A stretch of DNA of 64,000 nucleotides from Candidatus Latescibacterota bacterium (lineage in GTDB: Bacteria; Latescibacterota; UBA2968; UBA8231): positions 1,984,001 through 2,048,000 of the forward strand of contig CBDAOB010000005.1 of the NCBI GenBank assembly GCA_965197905.1. The letters are read 5' to 3'. Shown here one piece after another: positions 18,901-29,053 of the stretch (within the stretch, counting starts at the first letter, position 1; every line of letters starts with the position of its first letter). Below the pieces are notes generated by a model that searched no databases, had not been told where the DNA came from, and saw only the letters and a program-made list of their open reading frames with translations. The position numbers and the translations under genes are program-made.

Positions 18901-21507
18901 AGGCGTTTCATCATGGCCTGGATCTCGGCCAGGGTGAAAAAGTGAATGTGGGTGCGATCCAGCAGACCCTCGTCCCGGTATTGCCAGCGGCCGTTCACCA
19001 AGAGGTCAAGCAATACGGACTGATGCCGGATATTGGGGATGCTGCACACCAATGAACCGCCGGGCTTCAGGTACGGAAGCAGCTTGTTTACCGCCGCTTC
19101 CGGATCGCGGAGGTGCTCGAGAATATCACCGCAGGTGATACAATCGAAGAATTCCACCGGGTATGGCAGCGTTTCTATCTCGTCCATATCGGCGCCGATG
19201 ACCGCGTCGAGATTCGAGCGTGCTTGGTTGGAAGCCCGCGTCTCCTTTTCGATGCCCACGACCTCTACGCCAGGCCGCTCGCTCTTGAGCAAGCGGCCCA
19301 TTTCTCCGGCAGCGCACCCCACGTCCAGGATGTGAATGGCATGGGGAGGAATCAACGCGATGATCTCCGGCCGCTGGTTCTGATAGTAGGCGGGTAGCTC
19401 GGGCTGATTCGCCGGGCCGGCTTCCGTCGCTCTCCTTGCTGGCGCCGGTGAACCGGCAACGCAGGAGGCGACCGAGTGGGGCCCGAATATCTGGGCGAGA
19501 AGCTGGTCCGCTCGGTGGCCATAGGTATGGTGGGCGAGCACTTCGGTGCGGCCGCGCTCGGCTATCTCTTCCCGCTCATCCTCGTTCTTCAGGTAGTAGG
19601 CAACCAACTCCTCCAGATCCGCGTCCTCGTAGAGCACCAGATGGCGTCGGTCTTGGAACAGCTCTTCCAGTCCAGCCGCATTGGGAAGACGGTCGGTTAT
19701 CAGCAAGCTGCCGCAGGCCATCGCCTCGAAAACCCGCATGTTTAGATCGCCGTTCAGACTGCGATTGAACACCAACTTGCCGCGGGAGAACAACAGGGCC
19801 ATCTCCTCCAGTATCTTGCTGTCGACGCGGAGGTCGAACCCCGCTTCTTCCAAGCGCTCGAGCAGCCGAACCCGATCCTTGTGCCATGCCGGCATGGTTT
19901 GCCCCACAAAGACCACGTCGTACGCCTTTGGCACGTCGAAGGTGCGGTGAATCTCGGGTTCGCAGGCGGCGGGCAGCCATCCGGCGTTACAACCGGCGGC
20001 GGTGAGCCGCGCCACGTGATCGCGATTGAACATTACGAACGCGTGTTGGAACTGACGCGCATACTCGACGCGCCAGTTGCTTTGACCCGTGTGCAGATCA
20101 CCAATCAAACAGGCGGTGGCACAGCCGAAATCCTCGGGATTGGTTATCTGGAATTCCGGCCCGGAATCGATCCAGACGACAAGGTCCGGTTTCCACTCGG
20201 AAGGTAGCGCCGCCATGACTTCCGCTGCCGAAACCTTGCCCCATGGCAGAGGGACATCGCAATTCCGCGCGAGTCGCAACAACAAACCCATCTTGTCGGC
20301 ATCTCCGGCTCCGGTTGGTTTGAACGCGTGTTGATCCTCCCATTGTTTCCACTGACCCATCGTTCTTTCGTCGACCTTGGGTCCGCAGGTAAGCAGGTCG
20401 TGAGAGCGTCGCAATGCCCGTTCGTAGTAGGCGGACGTGGTCAGCGGATTGGACGGTGCCGCCAGCAGAATTTTGAGTCGTTTGCCAGCGGCGACAGGTT
20501 GGCTCAATTCCGCCGGCTTGGCGCAGGCCGAGGCGCCGCCCGCAACGCACTGTTGAAAAATTTCGTTCCATTGGGTGGCGCAGCGCTCGATATGGAACCG
20601 TTCTTCCACCGTTCGACGCCCATTCCGCCCCAGCTCCTCCGCCGCCGCCCGGTCGCTCAAGAGAAACTGAATCTTCTGTCGCAGATACTCCAGGTCCTCG
20701 GAAACGAATCCATTGAACCCATCGATGATGGGAGAAGAACTGTTGGCGATGGACACCACCGGCATCCCCGTCGCCATCGCTTCCAGCAGAGCAAGGTTGT
20801 ACCCGTCTTCGTGTCGATCGGTAAGGGTGTTCAACAGCAACCGGTGTTGGCGGAATTGATTCTTGAGATCGTCCCATGACTGCGACGGCCTCGAGGCCGG
20901 AATAGAGGGATTGACCCCTACAAATTGAGGAGGGAAAGCGATCCCCGAGAATCTCCTCCTGAATACCGAAACCCTGCATGTGATCGCGCTCTTTCAGCAT
21001 GTTGCCGACGCGCAGAACCCGTTGCAGTTGGCCGTTGAAGTCGCCGTAATCGTCAGGATCTATGCCGGAGACCACGACCGGCGCATCCCATCCCCAGTCT
21101 GCCCTCTTCTTCTCGGAGATAAAAGCAATGTCTATCTCTTTGAAGAGCGGTCTCAAGCCCTCGACGTACTCCTCCTTACGAGCTCCTTCGAGGCCGACGT
21201 CGGTGCCGATCATGTTGAGCATCACGAACAGGCGGGGCAAACTGAGATCTTGCACCGCCTGCACGTCTTGCAGCGTCATGCAGATCAGCAGATCGAACCT
21301 GCCATCGCGCAATCCGGCTTCGGCCTGCTCGGAGGTTGCCTCGGCAACGTTCTCCGGCAGCGGCCTGAAGCCGTGATTCCAGGTTTTTTGTGGATGCTGT
21401 TTGGGCGGGGCTACAAAAAAGGAATGGCCCGTGTGGGCGAAGAGACAGATATATGGCTCGTGCCAGTTGTACACGAGCACGTTGAGCTTTGGTAGGGGAG
21501 TCTGCAT
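15927..21507 (-). pseudogene. Giant multidomain glycosyltransferase (GT4 + CgeB-like GT + SAM methyltransferase + GT2 + GT4 + TPR), frameshifted at ~20922 with apparent deletions at ~17014 and ~16797
   Basis: GYNLALLEAMATGMP; LNMRVFEAMACG; ILDVGCAAG..DILEHLRDP; VVVDNAS..FLNNDT..EDVDFCLR; EGFGLPVAEAMAC; C-terminal TPRs; the N-terminal frame (ATG 21507) joins the main frame if one T is removed from ...TCAATTTGTAGGG... Confidence 0.85.
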
Positions 21508-21581
21508 CGATCTCGGGAGCTTCTTTGGGTTAGTGGGGACATGTCGCGCCAGGAACCGTGGGGTCAATCCGTCCGGAGTGG

Positions 21582-21821
21582 CTACTTCCCTTTTTTCCCT
21601 TTCCACACCTGACTCAGAGCCTGCAGCTCTTCCCGTCCGCCCTTGACCGCACGCTCGTTCTCTTCCTTTATGCGCTCGTACACCTCGCCACGATGGACCG
21701 AGATGTCGGATGGAGCTTCAATCCCAAGCCGAATCTGCCTGCCCTGAACTTCCAATACGGTGATGCGAATATCACTGCCGACGACAATGCTTTCTCCGGC
21801 TTTTCGCGTTAATACGAGCAT
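21582..21821 (-). CDS. csrA: Carbon storage regulator CsrA
   Basis: [15 protein letters not shown]...[21 protein letters not shown]; extended C-terminus of the FliW-regulated type. Confidence 0.97.
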   Translation of the reverse strand: MLVLTRKAGESIVVGSDIRITVLEVQGRQIRLGIEAPSDISVHRGEVYERIKEENERAVKGGREELQALSQVWKGKKGK

Positions 21822-21872
21822 AATGATCTTCCCTGATGATAAGCTTCCGCCGTGCGGAGCTAATGGTTCCGG

Positions 21873-22325
21873 TTACTGTTTTCCCGCTGCGAGAATCGAA
21901 TGTTTTGTGTTGTATTCGTCATCGACCAGTATCATTTGCTTCGCAACCATTGTGGTGGTGTTGATGCAAATGGGACCCTTCAGATTGGCGGTAACATCCT
22001 CTGGAATCTTGCTCAACGTCACGATGCAATAGATGGCCAGATTCTCGACACTGTCGATGCCAAGCCCTTCGAACTCTTCTTCGCCGACGTTCGGCTCGTA
22101 CTCCGGCCATACCAGGACCGGGTTGACGAGCACGAAACCGAGGTTCGGTTCGTCGACGCAAAGCAATCGCAGAAAAGGGGTTTCTTCCTCCACTTCGAAA
22201 AGACCGAACCGAGTGAATCGCTCAAATCCGGGCAACCCGTGAGGAAATGTGACGACATTGCTCTTGTCCACGGTCACGTCGCCAAATTTGGCGCTTTGAA
22301 AACTTACTTTGTCATTTTCGCTCAT
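21873..22325 (-). CDS. fliW: Flagellar assembly factor FliW
   Basis: KFG...TFPHGLPGFE, TANLKGPICIN, KQMIL; adjacent to csrA. Confidence 0.95.
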   Translation of the reverse strand: MSENDKVSFQSAKFGDVTVDKSNVVTFPHGLPGFERFTRFGLFEVEEETPFLRLLCVDEPNLGFVLVNPVLVWPEYEPNVGEEEFEGLGIDSVENLAIYCIVTLSKIPEDVTANLKGPICINTTTMVAKQMILVDDEYNTKHSILAAGKQ

Positions 22326-22428
22326 CTAGTACTTCCCTCGCAGTCACGACGGTTCATGCTCGCCACTCAAAATAGATGCGGTGTCTGGTTGCCGTCATTG
22401 AGAAAACCGTGGGTGAAGGGGAGAGAAA

Positions 22429-23328
22429 TTAGATGAAATCCATCAGGGACTGGGGAATCACAACATTGCCGGAGGCCAAAGCGGCCTGAAACACATCCTG
22501 CTCCTGTTGCAGGTTTACTATCGTGGAGGTGAGGTCCACGTCTTCGTCTGCGGAAAGAATGGTGGTCATCTCCACCGATATGCGATCGAGAACGTTTCGC
22601 GTGATCTCCATGCGATTCACCCGCGCGCCGATCAAGCCGCGTACGGACGAAATGCGTTCGCGCATTTCCGCCAGCCCACTCAATGTATTCCGGACTTCGT
22701 CAGCGGAATTGTCACGCAACGCATCCCGAAGTTCGATGAGGGCAGAAAAGGCGTTGACATTGCCTTCAAACAACTCGTTCCCGGGGATATTCACTTGCAT
22801 GACGATACCGTCTGAAATCTCCCGCTCGATACTCCCATCCGTCTTCCCCCGCGGCTTGACGTCCGTGATGACACCGTTCACCCTGTTTGGCACGTAGGGG
22901 ATATCTGACGTCTGGGTGCCTGCAAAGATATAACGGCCACGATATCTGGACTCGCTGAGACTCTGAACGTGCTCGAGCAACTGATCGACCTGGTCCGCGA
23001 TCGCGTTGCGTTGATCTGCGTTGAAGGTGCTCGTCGCACCCTGAACCGCGAGGCCGCGAACCTGTACGAACAGCGCCTCCATTTCGTTGAGCGTCGCCTC
23101 GGATAGCTCGAGCCAACCAATTCCGTCACTGATGTTCTTGTGAAACTGCTCCACGTTGCGCAATTCGCCGCGTAGAGCCAGAGAGCGTTCTATGGCAGCG
23201 GGGTCGTCGGAGAGAGAGTTCAAACGCGTGCCGGAAGAAAGCTCGTTCTGAAATCGAACGATGCGTTCGTAGGATCGATCGAGGTTGTTGACCAGTGTGC
23301 CAACGGCCATTCTCGTCGTAATCCGCAT
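22429..23328 (-). CDS. flgL: Hook-associated protein 3 FlgL
   Basis: MRITT, LSSGTRLNSLSDDP, GRYIFAGTQT, SLMDFI. Confidence 0.95.
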   Translation of the reverse strand: MRITTRMAVGTLVNNLDRSYERIVRFQNELSSGTRLNSLSDDPAAIERSLALRGELRNVEQFHKNISDGIGWLELSEATLNEMEALFVQVRGLAVQGATSTFNADQRNAIADQVDQLLEHVQSLSESRYRGRYIFAGTQTSDIPYVPNRVNGVITDVKPRGKTDGSIEREISDGIVMQVNIPGNELFEGNVNAFSALIELRDALRDNSADEVRNTLSGLAEMRERISSVRGLIGARVNRMEITRNVLDRISVEMTTILSADEDVDLTSTIVNLQQEQDVFQAALASGNVVIPQSLMDFI

Positions 23329-23416
23329 ACTAGTCTCTCCTTGTGGAGACGCACCAAATATAGTGGGGGCGTATTTTTATGTCCATCACTAATCCCTTGT
23401 CGCCGTTCACTATGGC

Positions 23417-24820
23417 TCAGATGTTTATGGTGATTTCCATAAGATCATCGATGATCGAAACGGTACGCGCCGCCGCCTGATAAGCCCGCTGAAAGAGCAC
23501 CAGCTGCGCAGCCTCGTCATTCAGGGAAACCCCCTGCACACTCTGCCTGCGGTTCTCGATCTGACTTGAAAACAGGCGATGGTTCGAAGCCATGGTCTGC
23601 GCTTCCTTGCTGCGCGCGCCAACCTCGCCGATAAGCTCATAGTAGAATCCCTCAACCGTGACCGACCCCCCTGCCAGTATCTTCTCGTTGCGGAGGGCAC
23701 TTATGGCCAGGGCGGCGCCGTTGTCTCCAGAGTTCCCGTCACCCGACGCCGCGATATTGTCGAGATCGCTGCGTATGGCATCGTCCAGCACAATATTGCT
23801 GGCGCTGGTCATGTTGGCGTTGAAGAAATCGACGCCGGCGGTGCCATCGCGCCCGAATCCAGCACTGTGCCGTGCGTTGACCTCTACCACCATCGCCGCA
23901 ACCATGTCGTCCAGCCGCGCCACGATGCCAGGCACAACGTCATCGCGGACATCGATAATGCCGCGCAACCGACCTTCTCGAATGGAAGCGAGACTGCCGT
24001 CGTCCGAAAACGATATCCGCGCAGAGGTGATCCCGCCCCGACTTAGCTGCCTTGTTTCGAGGTGCACCGACTTCGCCCCCTCTACGAGATTGTGTCCGCT
24101 CAGCAGCACGGAGACCTGACCGTTTTCTCTCTCCACGGTCGAAATGTCCACCCGCAGCGAAAGATCTTCGAGAAGGCGATCTCGTTGATCCTCCAGGTCG
24201 CCTGCGTCATCGGTGCCAAATCGGGCTTGAGGAATCTCGCCATTCAGCTCGGCCAACTGATCGAGAATGTCGTTAATCTCAACCACCTCCTGCACTACCT
24301 CCGCGTCCAGCTCGAGGCGGGCATCGCGAAGCTGCGCGTGATATTGGTGCAGCGTCGTGGACAGAAACTCCGCCTCCTGCCTGAGCGCGGCACGTGCAGC
24401 ACCACTCTCCGGAACGTTGGCCAGATCCTGCCACGCGTTCCAAAAACGACTCAGCGAGCCGCTCAGGCCTACTCCGGACGGTTCATTGAAAATCGTTCCG
24501 GCTTCGCTGGATCCAGCGCCTGCAGGTTCGTTGAAGATGGCCTCCAGCCCGCCCAAAGCCCGCTCCATCGCCTCCCAACGCCCCAATAGCTGCTGCTCAA
24601 CACGGATCTGAGAGTCGAGAAACTGGCTGCGCTGGCGCACGACGCTCGACACATCCACACCCGTGCCATTGCGCGCATTCTCCAGATTGACCTGGCGACG
24701 AGAGTATCCGGGCGTGTTGACATTGGCGATGTTGTGCCCAGTGACATTCAGCGCTGCCTGCTGCGATTGCAGCGCACGCCTACCAATCTCAAGGCCCTGA
24801 TTAATTGCGGACACCGGCAT
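23417..24820 (-). CDS. flgK: Hook-associated protein 1 FlgK
   Basis: LNVTGHNIANVNTPGYSRR, GVSLNDEAAQLVLFQRAYQAAAR. Confidence 0.95.
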   Translation of the reverse strand: MPVSAINQGLEIGRRALQSQQAALNVTGHNIANVNTPGYSRRQVNLENARNGTGVDVSSVVRQRSQFLDSQIRVEQQLLGRWEAMERALGGLEAIFNEPAGAGSSEAGTIFNEPSGVGLSGSLSRFWNAWQDLANVPESGAARAALRQEAEFLSTTLHQYHAQLRDARLELDAEVVQEVVEINDILDQLAELNGEIPQARFGTDDAGDLEDQRDRLLEDLSLRVDISTVERENGQVSVLLSGHNLVEGAKSVHLETRQLSRGGITSARISFSDDGSLASIREGRLRGIIDVRDDVVPGIVARLDDMVAAMVVEVNARHSAGFGRDGTAGVDFFNANMTSASNIVLDDAIRSDLDNIAASGDGNSGDNGAALAISALRNEKILAGGSVTVEGFYYELIGEVGARSKEAQTMASNHRLFSSQIENRRQSVQGVSLNDEAAQLVLFQRAYQAAARTVSIIDDLMEITINI

Positions 24821-24835
24821 TCCTCGCCCTCACCT

Positions 24836-25339
24836 TCATCCGGTCTGATTCAATACGGATCGCCGCGAATCGCGACCCCTGGCACGTCCCGAATGGCCGT
24901 ACATACCACGGGCTATCGGTTGACCCGCCAGAATATCGAGACAGCGTTCGGTGTAACGCATCGATTGCCTGATGAGGAATGCGTTGTTGTCGTTGGTCTC
25001 GCGGATCCGCTGATTGAGCTCCAACACCGTGGCGCGCATGCGTGCCAGTTCGTCGCTGTGGGGACCTTCGAGCGCCTCCATCAGTTTGGCAAGGGTCACA
25101 CGGTCCTCGCCCAGATCCAGCTCCTCGGACAGCTCTGCAATCAGCTGAATGCGCTTCGCTTCCAGTTCTTGTGCCTGGAAAGCCAGACCTTCCTGCGCAG
25201 CAACGCTGCGTTCGATCGCCTGCATGTCGTCGTCGACGATCGCTTCCTGTTCCTCATGGAGCAGTTGCAACAGTTGGTGAAAGGTCCGTATCTCGCCGTT
25301 TATCAGGGCGATCAGTTTCACCACAAGTGAATTATTCAT
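24836..25339 (-). CDS. flgN: Flagellar export chaperone FlgN
   Basis: Helical protein with N..NAFLIRQS and Y..SG; located between flgJ and flgK. Confidence 0.85.
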   Translation of the reverse strand: MNNSLVVKLIALINGEIRTFHQLLQLLHEEQEAIVDDDMQAIERSVAAQEGLAFQAQELEAKRIQLIAELSEELDLGEDRVTLAKLMEALEGPHSDELARMRATVLELNQRIRETNDNNAFLIRQSMRYTERCLDILAGQPIARGMYGHSGRARGRDSRRSVLNQTG

Positions 25340-25808
25340 GATCCTTTTTGCTCAGTTTCAGTGAGGGTACGTCGGGCCCAAAGAACTGTAGCGCTTTGGC
25401 CGGACCACCCTCGATCTTGTCGTTTTGTTCCGGACCGGATTCTTCCAATCCGTACTGCCGGCTAAGTTGCCGATAGAGCATCGCACTAATGCTATTGGGC
25501 CCGCTCTTCGCAGCGAGCTTCTTCGCCCACTCCTCGTCCAGCATCGATTCGAAAATCTGTTCCCCGTTGCTCTTTTCTATGAGACCACCGCTGGTAATAG
25601 TCTTGCGCATCGCTTCCAGCATCTGAAAGACAAACACTGACTCCAGATCTTCCGACGCATCTTTCAGCGCCGCGCGTTGCTCCGCCGGAGTGCGAGCGGC
25701 GGCAATGGCATTCAGGCGCCCTCGCATCATTGCGTCCGGACGCTGCGCTCTGTTGCCGATTTCAATCGGCGCGTTGGTCAGTCCAAACTTCGCGGGATCC
25801 ATCTGCAA
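25332..25808 (-). CDS. flgJ: FlgJ-like rod-binding protein without a muramidase domain
   Basis: LKDASEDLESVFVFQMLEAMRKT...FESMLDEEWA...MLYRQL. Confidence 0.85.
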   Translation of the reverse strand: MQMDPAKFGLTNAPIEIGNRAQRPDAMMRGRLNAIAAARTPAEQRAALKDASEDLESVFVFQMLEAMRKTITSGGLIEKSNGEQIFESMLDEEWAKKLAAKSGPNSISAMLYRQLSRQYGLEESGPEQNDKIEGGPAKALQFFGPDVPSLKLSKKDHE

Positions 25809-25811
25809 TCC

Positions 25812-26930
25812 TTATTTGATGATCAGTTCCGCCCGCAACGCCCCAGCTGTTTTCAGAGACTGCAGGATGGCGATGAGATCCCTTGGTGTTACACCCAAGG
25901 CGTTGAGGTTGCGCACCAGTTCGCGAACCGTCGGCATTGCACCTACGTCGAAGGAGCTGATGATCGGATGAAGGCGGTCGGGCTCTTCGACAACCTCGGC
26001 CTCCCCACCGAAAACGTCGCCACCGGTGTCGCCGGCTATCTTCAGCTTCAGGCTTCCGTGAGACAGGGCCACAGCAGATACGGAAACATTCTCGCCAATA
26101 ATGACCGTGCCGGTCTTTTCGTTCACGACGACACGCGCCGGCAGGTCCGGGATTACCCGCACCTTTTCCAGGTCCGCTATGTATTCCACCAGTTGGTGCC
26201 GCTCGCCGCGCTCGGGGGGAATTCGCACTTGAATCGTGGATGGGTCCACTGCGGTCGCCAGGTTCGCTTCGCCGAAGAAGGTGTCGATTGCAAAAGCCGC
26301 GCGGGACGCTGTAGTCCAATCCTCTTGATACAGAACGACCATAACATCCTCGTCGAGCTGCTGCAGTCGCTCCGGCTCCTTGATTACAATGCCTCCGGCT
26401 GGCACATTCCCCGCCACGGCATGGTTCTTTTGCACCGTTCCGGGCCCTCCTCCACCGAGGTTGAATCCCCCGATCGAAACCGGACCCTGTGCGGTGACGT
26501 AGACCTCGCCATCAGGACCGGTGAGGTTTGTGCGCAACAAAGTGCCTCCCTGAAGCGAACTTGCGTCACCGAGCGAGGCGATATGCACGTCGATGGTGGT
26601 GCCTTCGCGGACGAACGGCGGCAGGTTCGCCGTTACCGACACACCCGCCACGTTGCGCACCCTGACCTGTTCGGGACTTACGGCCAACTTCATGTGGTGC
26701 ATCATGTTCGCCATCATCTGAAACGTGAACTCCGCTCTGCGCCCATCCCCCGTTCCTTCCAGACCGATGATCAGACCGACTCCAGTCAGCTGGATGTCCT
26801 GACCCATGCGAATGTGGCCCAGATCCTTGATGCGCACCGCGTTTGAACCCCAGACGTCACCTGGCATGCCTGCTGAGATCGTCAGCAATGCGATTGCCAC
26901 TGTCAGGTGATGAGCGGTCATTCGGAGCAT
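25812..26930 (-). CDS. flgI: Flagellar P-ring protein
   Basis: RIKDL, GLIIGLEGTGD, SLGDASSLQGGTLL, ARVVVNEKTGT, LIAILQSLKTAGAL. Confidence 0.96.
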   Translation of the reverse strand: MLRMTAHHLTVAIALLTISAGMPGDVWGSNAVRIKDLGHIRMGQDIQLTGVGLIIGLEGTGDGRRAEFTFQMMANMMHHMKLAVSPEQVRVRNVAGVSVTANLPPFVREGTTIDVHIASLGDASSLQGGTLLRTNLTGPDGEVYVTAQGPVSIGGFNLGGGGPGTVQKNHAVAGNVPAGGIVIKEPERLQQLDEDVMVVLYQEDWTTASRAAFAIDTFFGEANLATAVDPSTIQVRIPPERGERHQLVEYIADLEKVRVIPDLPARVVVNEKTGTVIIGENVSVSAVALSHGSLKLKIAGDTGGDVFGGEAEVVEEPDRLHPIISSFDVGAMPTVRELVRNLNALGVTPRDLIAILQSLKTAGALRAELIIK

Positions 26931-26931
26931 A

Positions 26932-27510
26932 TCAAAAAATCCAATTGATGAACCTGACGATTACACCCGGTCGCGCCGCTTGAGTAATCGTTCCCTTGCC
27001 GGTGTACTCGACTTGGAGATCGGCGATGTTCGACGAGAGGATCGTGTTGTCTCGACGGATGGAAGCGGGGTTTACGGAACCGCTGAGATAGATCGCCTCT
27101 GTCTCGCCATTGATTTTTACCGTCCGCACCCCTTCCACGATCAGGTCGCCGTTCGGCTTGGTGCCAACCACGGTTACCGTAATTCGAGCGGTGAGTGTTG
27201 AGTTCCTGGAGGTCGATCCCTGGGCGTCGTATTCGGTTGAGGCATCGCTTTCCAGCTGATGCAGGGGAAGGAAGCCGAGAATGTTGCCGGCGCCTGGAAT
27301 CGTGCTGCCGATGTCGATTGTGTTTTCCTTGTCCGTGGAAGTCGCGGTTCGGTTGCTGGCCGAGGCGCTTTCCTGAATCAAGACCGTGAGGACATCGCCG
27401 ATTCGACGCGCCTTGGGGTCGGCAAACAGAGACATCGGCTGCGCTTGGGATCGGGCAACGGCTATAGCCAGGACAAGCGAAATCGATATGAAGAGTTTCG
27501 AGTAGCTCAC
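26932..27510 (-). CDS. flgH: Flagellar L-ring protein
   Basis: LFADPKARRIGDVLTVLIQE, PNGDLIVEG, NTILSSNIAD. Confidence 0.93.
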   Translation of the reverse strand: MSYSKLFISISLVLAIAVARSQAQPMSLFADPKARRIGDVLTVLIQESASASNRTATSTDKENTIDIGSTIPGAGNILGFLPLHQLESDASTEYDAQGSTSRNSTLTARITVTVVGTKPNGDLIVEGVRTVKINGETEAIYLSGSVNPASIRRDNTILSSNIADLQVEYTGKGTITQAARPGVIVRFINWIF

Positions 27511-27528
27511 GTTGCTTCCAGTTCTATG

Positions 27529-28224
27529 TTATAATCCCATGTTCACAGTGCCGTTATCCATCACCGTTCCCTGTACGATCCGACCAGAATCGCGATTGCG
27601 CACGCGAATGCGGCTGCCAACGCTTCCATCTTGAATCGCCACACCGCGGGCAGACACCCAAATACCCGAGCTTGCCGCCACCAGCTCTACCTCATCGCCA
27701 CGGAAGATCACGGGCACCTGTTCGACGTGGTCGGCGGACAGGACAGCACCCAGAGCCACCGGGCGTTTGGTGCGATCGCTGGAGAGCCCTTCGAAGCTGG
27801 TGAAGTACCCTCCCCTGACCGCGGTGATGTCGCGAATCGCCAGCTCGACCATCTCCTCGCTCAAGATTTCGTGGCGGCGAATGTTGCGCTTGGCCACCAG
27901 CACTTCCATGTTGAGGCGGGTGTCGACGGTAACTGCGATCGTTTTCTGGGTCTCTCCGTCACAGCGCAAAGCAGCCCGCACCATCGTTTGCCCGCGAAAC
28001 GGCCGGGAGGAGATCGAACGTACCTGGATCCCAACCGGACCATGGCAATCGAGGGCAACCTCACCCTGCCAGCGAACGCGCACATCCATCTCCACGCCGG
28101 GCTCGGCAGTGGTTTCGGAGTGGACGTATTCCTCAACGGCGCCGTGAATGGCGCCCTCCGATACGAGCTGGAATCCGGACGCGGTCTGTGCCGCGATGAG
28201 GACGAGAAGTATTCCGAGCTTCAA
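27529..28224 (-). CDS. flgA: P-ring formation chaperone FlgA
   Basis: SAF-like region, RGDEVEL, GVAIQDGSVGSRIRVRN..SGRIV. Confidence 0.9.
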   Translation of the reverse strand: MKLGILLVLIAAQTASGFQLVSEGAIHGAVEEYVHSETTAEPGVEMDVRVRWQGEVALDCHGPVGIQVRSISSRPFRGQTMVRAALRCDGETQKTIAVTVDTRLNMEVLVAKRNIRRHEILSEEMVELAIRDITAVRGGYFTSFEGLSSDRTKRPVALGAVLSADHVEQVPVIFRGDEVELVAASSGIWVSARGVAIQDGSVGSRIRVRNRDSGRIVQGTVMDNGTVNMGL

Positions 28225-28239
28225 GCGGTATTCCCTAGC

Positions 28240-29028
28240 CTAACGTTTCAGGTTGTTGGCGTTGGAGAGCATCTCTTCTGAAGTCTGGATCGCTCTGGCG
28301 TTAATCTCGTACGCCCTCTGCGCCACAATCATGCTCACCATTTCGTCTACGACTTCGACGTTGGAAAGCTCCAGGAACCCTTGCGACAGCTTGCCGAATC
28401 CCTGATCGTCAGGTGCTCCGGAGACCGGGGTCCCGGAGGCCTGCGTCTCTAGGAAGAGGTTGCGGCCGATGCTCTTCAATCCCGCCGGATTTATGAAGCG
28501 GGCCAGTTCCAGCTGACCAACTCCCTGAACAGCGGCGCTCCCCGGAAGCTGCACGCCGATCTCACCGTTGGAGGCGATATTTATGGCCGTGGCGTCCTGG
28601 GGAATCGTGATCTGCGGTTCAAGGGAGTACCCGTCGGAGGTCACGATCGTTCCCTCCGCGGACAACTTGAGCGCACCATCCCTCGTGTAGGATACCGTGC
28701 CATCGGGCAGGGTAACCTGGAGAAACCCGTCTCCGTCGATGGATACATCCAGCGGATTGTTCGTCGGCGTCAAGGTGCCCTGCGAAAAGATCCTCTGTGT
28801 TGCCACCGGTCGGGTGCCATAGCCTATCTGCAATTCAACCGGGACCTGAGCCCCTTCGGCCTGGGTCGCGCCCGCGAGGCGCAGCTGTTGGTAGAGCAGA
28901 TCCTGGAACTCCAGCTTGCTCTTCTTGTATCCGGTCGTGTTCACATTCGCCAGATTGTTGGCGATGTTGTCCACGTTCATCTGCTGCGCTATCATGCCGG
29001 TTGCGGCGGTGTATAGTGCCCTGCTCAT
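28240..29028 (-). CDS. flgG: Distal rod protein FlgG
   Basis: ALYTAATGM.AQQ..IANNLANVNTTGYK, LELSNVEVVDEMV.MIVAQRAYE. Confidence 0.97.
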   Translation of the reverse strand: MSRALYTAATGMIAQQMNVDNIANNLANVNTTGYKKSKLEFQDLLYQQLRLAGATQAEGAQVPVELQIGYGTRPVATQRIFSQGTLTPTNNPLDVSIDGDGFLQVTLPDGTVSYTRDGALKLSAEGTIVTSDGYSLEPQITIPQDATAINIASNGEIGVQLPGSAAVQGVGQLELARFINPAGLKSIGRNLFLETQASGTPVSGAPDDQGFGKLSQGFLELSNVEVVDEMVSMIVAQRAYEINARAIQTSEEMLSNANNLKR

Positions 29029-29053
29029 TGGCTTGTAGCTCCTCTTTTAATCG

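Noticed and set aside
20098..20920. C-terminal half of the 502-aa ORF
   Set aside because: Out-of-frame read-through after the frameshift; the real coding frame is the 15927-20840 ORF.
24660..24700. Possible small in-frame deletion in flgK (LENARNGTGV looks short)
   Set aside because: This loop varies in length among FlgK proteins and cannot be judged without an alignment.
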